Source: Gloeothece citriformis PCC 7424
Lineage (GTDB): Bacteria; Cyanobacteriota; Cyanobacteriia; Cyanobacteriales; Microcystaceae
Reading direction: 5' to 3'
Length of the DNA stretch: 32,000 nt
NCBI RefSeq assembly: GCF_000021825.1
Contig: NC_011729.1
Location: 4,506,969 to 4,538,968, forward strand
Shown: piece by piece, positions 9,816 through 17,266 of the stretch
Position numbering within the stretch: position 1 is the stretch's first letter
Layout of the letters: the number at the start of each line of letters is the position of its first letter
Made by a program: the position numbers and the translations under genes
The notes under the pieces: generated by a model
What the model saw: the letters and a program-made list of their open reading frames with translations, nothing else
Databases searched by the model: none
Told to the model about the DNA's origin: nothing

Positions 9816-11279
9816 TTAAGCTAAATATTTCTGAACCACACCGATTAAATGCTCTGTCCAATAGTTAGCGGACTGGGCACATTCGGACTCTACCATAACC
9901 CGAATTAAGGGTTCTGTTCCGGAAGCTCGAACTAAAACTCGTCCTCGATCTCCCATAGCGGCTTGAGCTTCAGCGATCGCAATTTGGAGAGGGTTACAGT
10001 CTTTCCAATTACAGCGACGTTCTCGGTCTTCTACCCGAACATTGCGTAAAATTTGGGGGTAAGGCTGAAAACTTTGCTCAACTAAAGCGCCTAAAGACCG
10101 TCCCGACTGACGCACTAAAGCGGCCAAATGTAAGGCGGTTTGAATGCCATCCCCAGAAACCCCATGATGATGACAGATAATATGGCCAGACTGTTCACCC
10201 CCTAACATTGCTCCGGTTTCCCACATTTGAGCTTGAACGTGCTGATCCCCTACCGCAGTACGAATTAATTGACCCCCAAGATTTTGCCACGCTTTCTCAA
10301 AGCCTAAATTAGCCATGACTGTGGCAATAATTAAATTGTTGGGCAATTTATCTTGAGCTTTGAGGGTTTGACCCCAAAAATAGAGAATATAATCCCCATC
10401 GACTACTCTCCCTTCAGAATCTACCGCTAACACCCGATCGGCATCTCCATCAAAGGCAACCCCTAAATCTGCCCCAAATTCTTTAACCGCTTGTTGTAAT
10501 AAATTTAAATGAGTAGACCCACAGTTAACATTAATGCGATCGCCATCGGGTTGATCGTGTAAACAGATCACCTCTGCACCCAAAGACTTAAAAACTTGGG
10601 GAGCAATTTCTACCGCAGCACCCCAAGCCAAATCTAAGACAATTCGCATTCCTTCTAAGTTAACATCTGTGGGGATAGATAAGCTTAACTGCTGTAAATA
10701 CTGCTCAATTAATTCTCGACGATGATAATATTTACCCCAACTTAAGGAAGATTCCCGTTGAGAGTTAGATTCAAGGGTGTTTCTGAGAAGATCTTCTACT
10801 TGTTGCGCTAATCCTTTGGAGAGTTTTAATCCTTGATGGTCAAAAAACTTAATTCCGTTATCTTCGGGAGGGTTGTGGCTGGCAGAAATCATAATTCCTC
10901 CCATTGCCTCAGTATTGCGCGCTAAGTAAGCCACACAGGGAGTCGGACATAGGCCAATCTGCCAAACTTCGACACCGGCAGAGGTTAAGCCGGCGGTGAT
11001 AGCCGTTGTTAACATATCACTAGAATTTCTCGAATCTTGACCAATAATAATCGGCCCTGGGGTTGGCATAGTGGCTTTTAACACTTGTGCCGCACAAAAT
11101 CCTAAATCTAAAGCTAAAGACGCATTTAAAAGTTCACCGACTTTTCCTCGAATACCATCCGTTCCAAATAGAGGAGTTTTAGGCAGAGGGCAAAGCTGAT
11201 TGACTACACCAAGGTTTGCTGTATCTTGAGTGTAGCTATTTAAACGACCGTTACCATTTCGATATAAAGAAGTTACCAT
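9816..11279 (-). CDS. glmM: Phosphoglucosamine mutase
   Basis: Phosphohexomutase active-site loop [14 protein letters not shown], metal-binding FDGDADRV, and sugar-binding GGEQSGH. The track start at 11303 (MCCEETLF) precedes a GAGGA-like site; the ATG at 11277-11279 (MVTSLYRNG) is favoured. Confidence 0.92.
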   Translation of the reverse strand: MVTSLYRNGNGRLNSYTQDTANLGVVNQLCPLPKTPLFGTDGIRGKVGELLNASLALDLGFCAAQVLKATMPTPGPIIIGQDSRNSSDMLTTAITAGLTSAGVEVWQIGLCPTPCVAYLARNTEAMGGIMISASHNPPEDNGIKFFDHQGLKLSKGLAQQVEDLLRNTLESNSQRESSLSWGKYYHRRELIEQYLQQLSLSIPTDVNLEGMRIVLDLAWGAAVEIAPQVFKSLGAEVICLHDQPDGDRINVNCGSTHLNLLQQAVKEFGADLGVAFDGDADRVLAVDSEGRVVDGDYILYFWGQTLKAQDKLPNNLIIATVMANLGFEKAWQNLGGQLIRTAVGDQHVQAQMWETGAMLGGEQSGHIICHHHGVSGDGIQTALHLAALVRQSGRSLGALVEQSFQPYPQILRNVRVEDRERRCNWKDCNPLQIAIAEAQAAMGDRGRVLVRASGTEPLIRVMVESECAQSANYWTEHLIGVVQKYLA

Positions 11280-11388
11280 AAACAATGTTTCCTCACAACA
11301 CACATACCCTCTAAGACTATACTTTATATTTCATTAAAGGGATAAAAATCTTCTATTTGACAGAGTTTAACGAGTCTTGTTTCTTGAC

Positions 11389-11688
11389 CTAGACGTTAAT
11401 TTGTGATAGGAGTTCCTCCATTTCTTGCCAGGTCAAGCCGGTTTGAATATAACGGGGATTACTGGGATTATAAGGACTTTCTAAGCGATCGATGGTCATA
11501 ATTTTCGCCGTTTCGGGTAACACTGCCACCTCCGGATCAAAAGCGGTTGGCCTCATCAAGGAGCTAGAAAACCCTTTAAAAATGAGAATTTGATCGGTTT
11601 CGTCTTCGAGTTGTATCTCCAGTAACAAAACTTCTTGAGGGCGTTTGAGGGTGTATTGTTCTAAGCGTTTTTCTCTTGAATTCTTCAT
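11389..11688 (-). CDS. Hypothetical 99-aa protein
   Basis: A clean ATG-initiated ORF with protein-like composition. I do not recognise a domain. Confidence 0.55.
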   Translation of the reverse strand: MKNSREKRLEQYTLKRPQEVLLLEIQLEDETDQILIFKGFSSSLMRPTAFDPEVAVLPETAKIMTIDRLESPYNPSNPRYIQTGLTWQEMEELLSQINV

Positions 11689-11716
11689 TGTTTCCCAGTT
11701 CCCAAAAATAAACTAT

Positions 11717-11739
11717 GGCAGAAGGCAGGAGGCAGAAGG
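11717..11739. repeat. GGCAGAAGG/GGCAGGA-type short G-rich repeat tract
   Basis: The sequence is ggcagaaggcaggaggcagaagg. The complementary version ccttctgccctctgcctcctgccccctgcc occurs at 21509-21538. Confidence 0.7.
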
Positions 11740-11835
11740 TTAAAAGCTTATTATTATTAGGTTTGAGCTTGAAAAAATGTCCGCGCCTGCCTTTGCATTT
11801 GCTACATATCATCAAAAGGAGAAATAAACCGTCCA

Positions 11836-11863
11836 GTAGAGACGTTGTATGCAACCTCTCTAC
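11836..11863. repeat. Small palindromic element (12-bp stem, 4-nt loop)
   Basis: gtagagacgttg-tatg-caacctctctac, with one mismatch in the stem. It resembles the gtagagacg...cgtctctac palindromes dispersed in several cyanobacterial genomes. Confidence 0.6.
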
Positions 11864-11901
11864 ACACCTTCGATCCTCCCCACCCTCCCCACACTCCTAA
11901 A

Positions 11902-12495
11902 CTATTGCTCTAGAGCAATGCGTCCCTGTTTAGGCAAACGAATAAAGATAAAATAAACAAAGTACAGCAGATAAATCATTAACCCCAGCAATCCAAAAAA
12001 TCCTAAAACTTCCTGCTCCGTCGTCGGGTGAAACATTTCTCGAAATCGCCAGGGAGCTTCTAACCAAACTCGACAAAACTGGTTTTCTGCTACCTCTTGC
12101 TCAAAGCCGCAAGGCAAAAACGGAATAGTAGCGATCGCCCCTAGAGTAGAATAGATCGTTATTGCCCAACGCCAAGAGGTTAAAGCCATTTTTAAAGAAC
12201 TTTGGGGTAAATCTTTAATTTCATCATTTAAATCCACCCAAAACCACAGAGAAATCGGAATTAGAACCCTAGACGCAAAACTGGTAATAAAACTAATCGG
12301 CCAAGCCGGAATCATCAAATAAACCGTAATCATTAATAAACTAGCCACTCGCCAGTAAATCACTAACAATTTAGAAATAGATTCTATTCCTCTGGCTAAA
12401 GACCAAATTAACAAAATAATCGGCAAAATAACCGTTAATAACACAGCTAATCGATAATCTGTCCAAACTAAGGATCTAAACCAAATGTCGTTCAT
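11902..12495 (-). CDS. Hypothetical integral membrane protein (about 5-6 TM helices)
   Basis: A 197-aa ORF with an ATG start and repeated hydrophobic stretches (LAVLLTVILPIILLIW, LLMITVYLMIPAWPISFI, GLLGLMIYLLYFVYFIFI). Confidence 0.65.
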   Translation of the reverse strand: MNDIWFRSLVWTDYRLAVLLTVILPIILLIWSLARGIESISKLLVIYWRVASLLMITVYLMIPAWPISFITSFASRVLIPISLWFWVDLNDEIKDLPQSSLKMALTSWRWAITIYSTLGAIATIPFLPCGFEQEVAENQFCRVWLEAPWRFREMFHPTTEQEVLGFFGLLGLMIYLLYFVYFIFIRLPKQGRIALEQ

Positions 12496-12588
12496 ATCAC
12501 CCTATATAGCGCTACGCGCAAGTCAAAAGTTTATGGTAAGCCGTCTTAAGACTTATCAGATGTCCTAACCTTAAAATCTCATATCGGC

Positions 12589-12614
12589 AAAATAAAAGCC
12601 TGCTGGAGCAGGCT
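12589..12614 (-). terminator. Rho-independent terminator after cp12
   Basis: On the minus strand, agcctgc-tcca-gcaggct is followed by tttatttt. It lies about 35 nt downstream of the cp12 stop. Confidence 0.65.
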
Positions 12615-12649
12615 AATCGGTTCAAAGACCGATACAAACGCGACTTACA

Positions 12650-12874
12650 TTAGTCATCATAAACCCGACATTCATCAGCATCAGGGTTAGCATCGCAGTA
12701 TTTTTCAAAATACGTTTGCTGAGGATGCTTTTGAAGTTGATGAGATGCTTCTGCTTGTAATTCTTCTACTACATCCCAGGCAGCCGCACAGTCAGAGGAG
12801 TTAGCCCCCTCGGTACTGCAAACGGCTCTGGCGTTTTCGAGTTCTTGTTCAATTTGTTCGTGGATATTGCTCAT
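12650..12874 (-). CDS. cp12: CP12, a Calvin-cycle regulatory protein (GAPDH/PRK complex)
   Basis: A 74-aa protein with the AWDVVEELQAEASH core, an N-terminal Cys pair (CSTEGANSSDC) and a C-terminal Cys pair (CDANPDADEC) ending in VYDD. Confidence 0.92.
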   Translation of the reverse strand: MSNIHEQIEQELENARAVCSTEGANSSDCAAAWDVVEELQAEASHQLQKHPQQTYFEKYCDANPDADECRVYDD

Positions 12875-13285
12875 GTTTCCTCTTATTTAAATAAAGATTG
12901 CTGTGTCACCCATCTTATCAATGTTAAACGGTTTTTGCCTTCTCATTTTCTGAATAACTCGCCCAGAAAATCCTGAAAAACTAAGTCTAAAGGCTGATTT
13001 ATAGAGATTTAATGACAATTATCTGCACTGGGCAAAATCAGGAAATTTACAACTTTATCATTATAAGTCTAATTAATGCACGGATCTCTGCTCGACAAGA
13101 CCATTTAACCATGTCACAATAGAAATAGCTTAGATCAAAAAGCTTAACCTGTCTGAGTCAGAAATTAAGCACAATTTAGCCAAAAAAACCAACACTAGCC
13201 ACAAGTCATAACCCCTAGAGCCATCATTACCCCCTAATTTTTAGCCGATTAACCTGAGCCTTTCAATTTCCATTCGACAGAAGAT

Positions 13286-14533
13286 ATGACTAAGCCAATG
13301 CAATGGACTAACGCCCTATCAACTCGTCCGTCTTTAGAAGCCGCCGTCACAGAAGTGGTGGATAAAATCACCTCCTCTCTAACCGACTCTCCAGATTTAG
13401 GAATTGTGTTTATTTCTTCAGCTTATGCGAGTGATTATCCCCGGCTAGTTCCCCTAATTTTAGAAAAACTTCCCCTACCAATTTTAATCGGTTGTGGAGG
13501 CGGCGGGATTATTGGTATGAAAGGATCGGATCAAGTTTTAGAAATAGAAGGCTCTCCGGCTTTAAGTCTGAGTGTGGCGACTATGCCAGGGGTTGAAATT
13601 ACGCCCTTTTACCTCAGCGCAGATGAGCTACCGGATTTAGATGCTCCCCCCGAAGCTTGGAGTAATTTAATCGGCGTTTTACCCGACAAAAATCCTCAAT
13701 TTATTTTATTATGCGATCCCTTCACCTCAAAAATTAATGATTTACTAGAAGGACTTGATTTTGCTTATCCAGGAGCAGTCAAAATTGGGGGACTAGCTAG
13801 CACTAGCACGATGGGGCTTCCCAGTGCCCTGTTTTATCATCATTCTAATCAGGTAGAGGCCGCTCTCTATCGAGAGGGAACAATCGGTATTGCTTTTGCC
13901 GGGGAAATTATTGTAGAAACTATTGTAGCTCAAGGGTGTCGTCCTATCGGTGAACCCTATCGGATTAATCATAGTGAACGCAACATCATTATTGAATTAA
14001 CCGATATTGACAACGAAACTCCACCCCGTCCACCTCTAGTGATTTTACAGGATTTGGTTCAAAGTCTAAGTGACCAAGATCGACAGTTAGCCCAACATTC
14101 TCTGTTTATCGGCATTGCTAGGGATGAATTTAAATTTCAACTCCATCAAGGGGATTTTTTAATCCGCAATTTAATCGGAGTCGATCCCAGACAAGGCGCT
14201 ATAGCTGTCGGCGATCGCGTAAGAAATGGTCAACGGATACAATTTCATTTACGGGATGCTCAAACCTCAGCCACAGATTTAGAATTACTCCTACAAGCTT
14301 ACCAACGAGAACCCGGACGAGACTTACCGGCAGCCGGAGCGTTAATGTTTTCCTGTTTAGGACGGGGAGAAGGGCTTTATGGTGAGTTAAATTTTGATTC
14401 TAATTTATTCCGGCATTATTTACAAAATATCTGTATAGGAGGGTTTTTCTGCAATGGAGAAATTGGCCCAGTAGGAGGAAGAACCTTTTTACATGGTTAT
14501 ACGTCTGCTTTTGCCATTTTTCGTCAACCCTAG
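13286..14533 (+). CDS. FIST N/C-domain sensory protein
   Basis: A 415-aa protein. The C-terminal region MFSCLGRGEGLYG...GFFCNGEIGPVGGRTFLHGYTSAFAIF is typical of FIST_C. Confidence 0.8.
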   Translation: MTKPMQWTNALSTRPSLEAAVTEVVDKITSSLTDSPDLGIVFISSAYASDYPRLVPLILEKLPLPILIGCGGGGIIGMKGSDQVLEIEGSPALSLSVATMPGVEITPFYLSADELPDLDAPPEAWSNLIGVLPDKNPQFILLCDPFTSKINDLLEGLDFAYPGAVKIGGLASTSTMGLPSALFYHHSNQVEAALYREGTIGIAFAGEIIVETIVAQGCRPIGEPYRINHSERNIIIELTDIDNETPPRPPLVILQDLVQSLSDQDRQLAQHSLFIGIARDEFKFQLHQGDFLIRNLIGVDPRQGAIAVGDRVRNGQRIQFHLRDAQTSATDLELLLQAYQREPGRDLPAAGALMFSCLGRGEGLYGELNFDSNLFRHYLQNICIGGFFCNGEIGPVGGRTFLHGYTSAFAIFRQP

Positions 14534-14687
14534 GCATTATGAGCAGAAGAGTGCCCACTCTCAGGGACGGATCTTGATATTTGATAATTATTTTGTTATG
14601 ATAGGAAGTTTAACCCTTTTTAAGGAACTGGGACAAGGGAGCATATCTCATCACTCTTCCCTCAATCCCAATTCCCCCATAAAAACC

Positions 14688-15023
14688 TTAACCGTCGAGA
14701 CTGCCTACACTCAGTGGCACAAAGTCCCCATGAATCGTTAATCCTAATAACATCGGCTCATTTTGTTGAATTAATTTGCCCGTTAGCGCACAACTCTCAT
14801 CTTTTCTAGCCACTGCCTCAATCGTAGCGCGAATATCTGCCCTGCAAAACTGCGGTCGATAGTCTCCTGACTTCTGATGGACATAATTCCATAGTATATC
14901 TCGAATCAGAGCTTGATAGCCCTGATTGCCCGAAAGATCTTTGAGTTTATCCTTGAGAATTTTTTCTAAGCGGATGCTGGTAACTTCCATTTCAGTGGTA
15001 GAGGTACGAGTTATAGTTCGCAT
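14688..15023 (-). CDS. Hypothetical protein with a ribbon-helix-helix (CopG/BrnA-like) segment
   Basis: TSIRLEKILKDKLKDLSGNQGYQALIRDILWNYV looks like a beta-strand plus two helices. The track start at 15050 is a TTG; the ATG at 15021-15023 is preceded by GGAGA and is preferred. Confidence 0.55.
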   Translation of the reverse strand: MRTITRTSTTEMEVTSIRLEKILKDKLKDLSGNQGYQALIRDILWNYVHQKSGDYRPQFCRADIRATIEAVARKDESCALTGKLIQQNEPMLLGLTIHGDFVPLSVGSLDG

Positions 15024-15111
15024 GATTTTTTCTCCAAAAATAGTAGACAATATCAGTATTACAAGTGTAGTATTAAAAAGACCCCTTTAACAAAGATCAA
15101 AAAATTCCTTT

Positions 15112-15360
15112 ATGCTTCATGGTTCTCTCCTATCTCCGATTTTGGCTAATCGTCGTCCGATTGGATGGCAGATTAGTTTACCGATGGGAGAAAATTTATC
15201 TATAGAGAGAGAAAAAGCCAATGAAGACAAAATTATCCTATTTAAAACGAATTCAAGCCGAGATTATCAGTTTTCAGGCAACGATAACCCTACAGGGATC
15301 GCAGTAAAATCAATAACTATAAGCGGGAGGTGCAGATTTACAATAACTGTACCAAAATAA
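15112..15360 (+). CDS. Questionable 82-aa ORF (the region may instead be a non-coding transcript)
   Basis: The ORF has an ATG start but no Shine-Dalgarno sequence and no recognisable domain. A strong intrinsic terminator follows it. Confidence 0.25.
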   Translation: MLHGSLLSPILANRRPIGWQISLPMGENLSIEREKANEDKIILFKTNSSRDYQFSGNDNPTGIAVKSITISGRCRFTITVPK

Positions 15361-15389
15361 AAAAAAACAATCTCAAACCTGACTGCACT

Positions 15390-15423
15390 CCCCGCCTCTC
15401 CATAAGACAGAAGCGGGGTTTTT
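15390..15423 (+). terminator. Intrinsic terminator upstream of the HNH gene
   Basis: ccccgcctct pairs with agaagcgggg (10 bp, one mismatch) around a 9-nt loop, followed by ttttt. Confidence 0.7.
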
Positions 15424-15467
15424 AATCAGTCCTTCTTTAAAATTTAATCATCAAGATGGTGTAAATC

Positions 15468-15977
15468 GTGAGCTATGTAACAGAACCTCTAAATCATTCC
15501 GTTGTGGTATTCTCTAGAAATTATCTCCCCATCAGTCGGGTTAATATTCGACGAGCAGTTATTCTTCTGGTTACTGGAAAAGCTGAACCGATCGATGTAT
15601 TATCGGAGGCAATTTGGGAAATCCGTTCTCCTAATTTAGTGGTGCAAGTTCCCCCCCAGATTCGCTTAACCCTTAATAGTGGCGATCGACTCTGGAAAAC
15701 TCCCCCAGTCAACCGACGGGAAGTTCTGCGACGGGATAAACATCAGTGTCAATACTGTGGGAGCAAACATAAGCTCACCCTAGATCATATTCTTCCTCGC
15801 TCAAAAGGCGGAAAACACACTTGGGATAATGTAGTTATTGCTTGCGAAAGTTGTAACTCTCGTAAAGGCGATCGCACTCCTTCTGAAGCAGGGATGATCT
15901 TAAAAACTAGCCCCAAAGCTCCCATTCACCCGACTATTCTGTTTGCTGAACAGTTTTGGCAACAACAGCAGTTGTAA
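15468..15977 (+). CDS. HNH endonuclease family protein
   Basis: The HNH core reads HQCQYCGS...LTLDHILPRSKGGKHTWDNVVIACESCNSRKGDR. It has a GTG start and the N-terminal domain typical of this small-HNH family (YLPISRVNIRRAVILLVTGKAE). Confidence 0.88.
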   Translation: MSYVTEPLNHSVVVFSRNYLPISRVNIRRAVILLVTGKAEPIDVLSEAIWEIRSPNLVVQVPPQIRLTLNSGDRLWKTPPVNRREVLRRDKHQCQYCGSKHKLTLDHILPRSKGGKHTWDNVVIACESCNSRKGDRTPSEAGMILKTSPKAPIHPTILFAEQFWQQQQL

Positions 15978-16029
15978 CCCCTAACCAGCTTTTCAATTTG
16001 ATAATCCGAACAAAGGAGAGATTATCCTA

Positions 16030-16416
16030 ATGTTAAAATTAACTTATACAGAAAATGGTTTCCATTTAGAACGTTTATCACAATCCCTAGAAGAGTGGGT
16101 GAATATACGGGTGATGCTTGCTCTACGTTCAGCAACTCCGCTTTATGTTGAACCGAGTACGGCGGCCTTTTTACTGCCGATCGATGTCCCTTATTTAACG
16201 GATCTCGAAAAACTCATCGAAAAAGAAAATGGTTTTTTGGAGTTATCCATGTCTGATGAGGAAACTGTCGAAGTTAGCTTACAGGGAACTTGGATCACTT
16301 CTGATCCAGAGGATGAAGAAGGGGTTTTTATTTGTCTGTTGAGCGATCGCACAGAATTCTTTCTTGAGAAACTCTGGCAAGAAGCCCATTTAGGGGCCTT
16401 TGTAGTCAATGAATAA
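16030..16416 (+). CDS. Hypothetical acidic 128-aa protein, possibly alr0857-type (from memory, not checked)
   Basis: An ATG start 52 nt after the HNH stop, on the same strand. No catalytic motif recognised. Confidence 0.6.
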   Translation: MLKLTYTENGFHLERLSQSLEEWVNIRVMLALRSATPLYVEPSTAAFLLPIDVPYLTDLEKLIEKENGFLELSMSDEETVEVSLQGTWITSDPEDEEGVFICLLSDRTEFFLEKLWQEAHLGAFVVNE

Positions 16417-16447
16417 CCCCCTAAGTCTTCGGGTTGTTTGGTGGTTG

Positions 16448-16487
16448 TTTTAGGGGTAGGCATTCTAGGCTTACCTCTAAAATTTTA
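16448..16487 (+). terminator. Terminator-like hairpin after the 128-aa gene
   Basis: A 13-bp stem (with G-U pairs) pairs ttttaggggtagg with cctctaaaa around the loop cattctagg, followed by tttt. Confidence 0.5.
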
Positions 16488-16561
16488 GAAAATATCTTTT
16501 ATAAAATGGGATTTTATGTTAAAATAGAAAAACTATTGTGTAAATTTTGAGTCAATCTTGG

Positions 16562-16634
<73 letters not shown>

Positions 16635-16695
16635 TTAATGGTCTTCAAGTTTTGCGATCGGCAGATAAAGGCGAATAAATGCTGATGGGAATAAG

Positions 16696-16701
16696 TATAA
16701 T
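16696..16701 (+). promoter_or_regulatory. Candidate -10 box (TATAAT) upstream of the NLR-like locus
   Basis: A perfect TATAAT sits 56 nt upstream of the ATG at 16757. There is no convincing -35 element. Confidence 0.3.
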
Positions 16702-16756
16702 ATCTCCTTCTTAGGCTAGAATTAGAACAAAAAGCTTTTCCTTAGCTCATAAACTG

Positions 16757-17191
16757 ATGGAACTTATTAGTAGCGCAGTAATAAGCCTTGCTTCTGCTTT
16801 TTTAAAAAAAGTTTGGGAAAAAACAGAGGACAAGGCAGCAGATACATTGTTAGAGAAAACTAACAAGTTTTTAGCCTCTCTTAGACAACAATCTCCCGAT
16901 ACAGTCACCGCTATTGAAAAAGCACCTACACAACCCCTTGATTATGGCACGGCTATATTAGAAATTGAATCGGCGGCTAAGTCTAATCCAGATGTAGCTG
17001 AATCTATGGCACAATTGGCAGAAACCGCTAAAGCTGAATCTATTCCTCAATTACAGCAAAAGATAGATGAGATTTTAGAGAAATTGAAGACTGAGAAACA
17101 CTCCCCAACGGTTATTAATCAGCAAAAGTTGGCAGATGAGATTAAAAATAATTTCCAAGGTAACACATTTAATAATACTACCTTTCAATGA
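16757..17191 (+). CDS. 144-aa helical protein. It corresponds to the N-terminal (effector-like) module of the downstream STAND NTPase and ends at an in-frame TGA.
   Basis: It is in the same reading frame as 17267-19798, with no other stop between them. It has a hydrophobic/amphipathic N-terminus (MELISSAVISLASAFL), a helical body and an N/Q/G/T/F-rich tail (NNFQGNTFNNTTFQ). Confidence 0.6.
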   Translation: MELISSAVISLASAFLKKVWEKTEDKAADTLLEKTNKFLASLRQQSPDTVTAIEKAPTQPLDYGTAILEIESAAKSNPDVAESMAQLAETAKAESIPQLQQKIDEILEKLKTEKHSPTVINQQKLADEIKNNFQGNTFNNTTFQ

Positions 17192-17266
17192 CTCCAGTCG
17201 CCCGGACGGGAACGGGCAAAGTTAACTCCCCCTAAATCTATACCTTATCGCGGTTCTGTCCATTTT

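Noticed and set aside
11576-11900. ORFs 11576-11854 (-) and 11715-11900 (+).
   Set aside because: Both run through the GGCAGAAGG repeat tract and the gtagagacg palindrome in an intergenic region. One overlaps the better-supported 99-aa gene. Their composition is not protein-like (RRQKVKSLLLLG..., PSPHS).
14493-14741. An 82-aa plus-strand ORF overlapping the FIST gene's 3' end and the RHH gene's 3' end.
   Set aside because: It bridges two convergent, better-supported genes. It has no start context, and its composition is not protein-like.
17189-17191. The in-frame TGA as a selenocysteine codon.
   Set aside because: I see no stable SECIS-like hairpin immediately downstream (the sequence is ctccagtcgcccggacgggaacggg...). 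The position is a linker, not a redox active site. Readthrough, mutation or error are more parsimonious.
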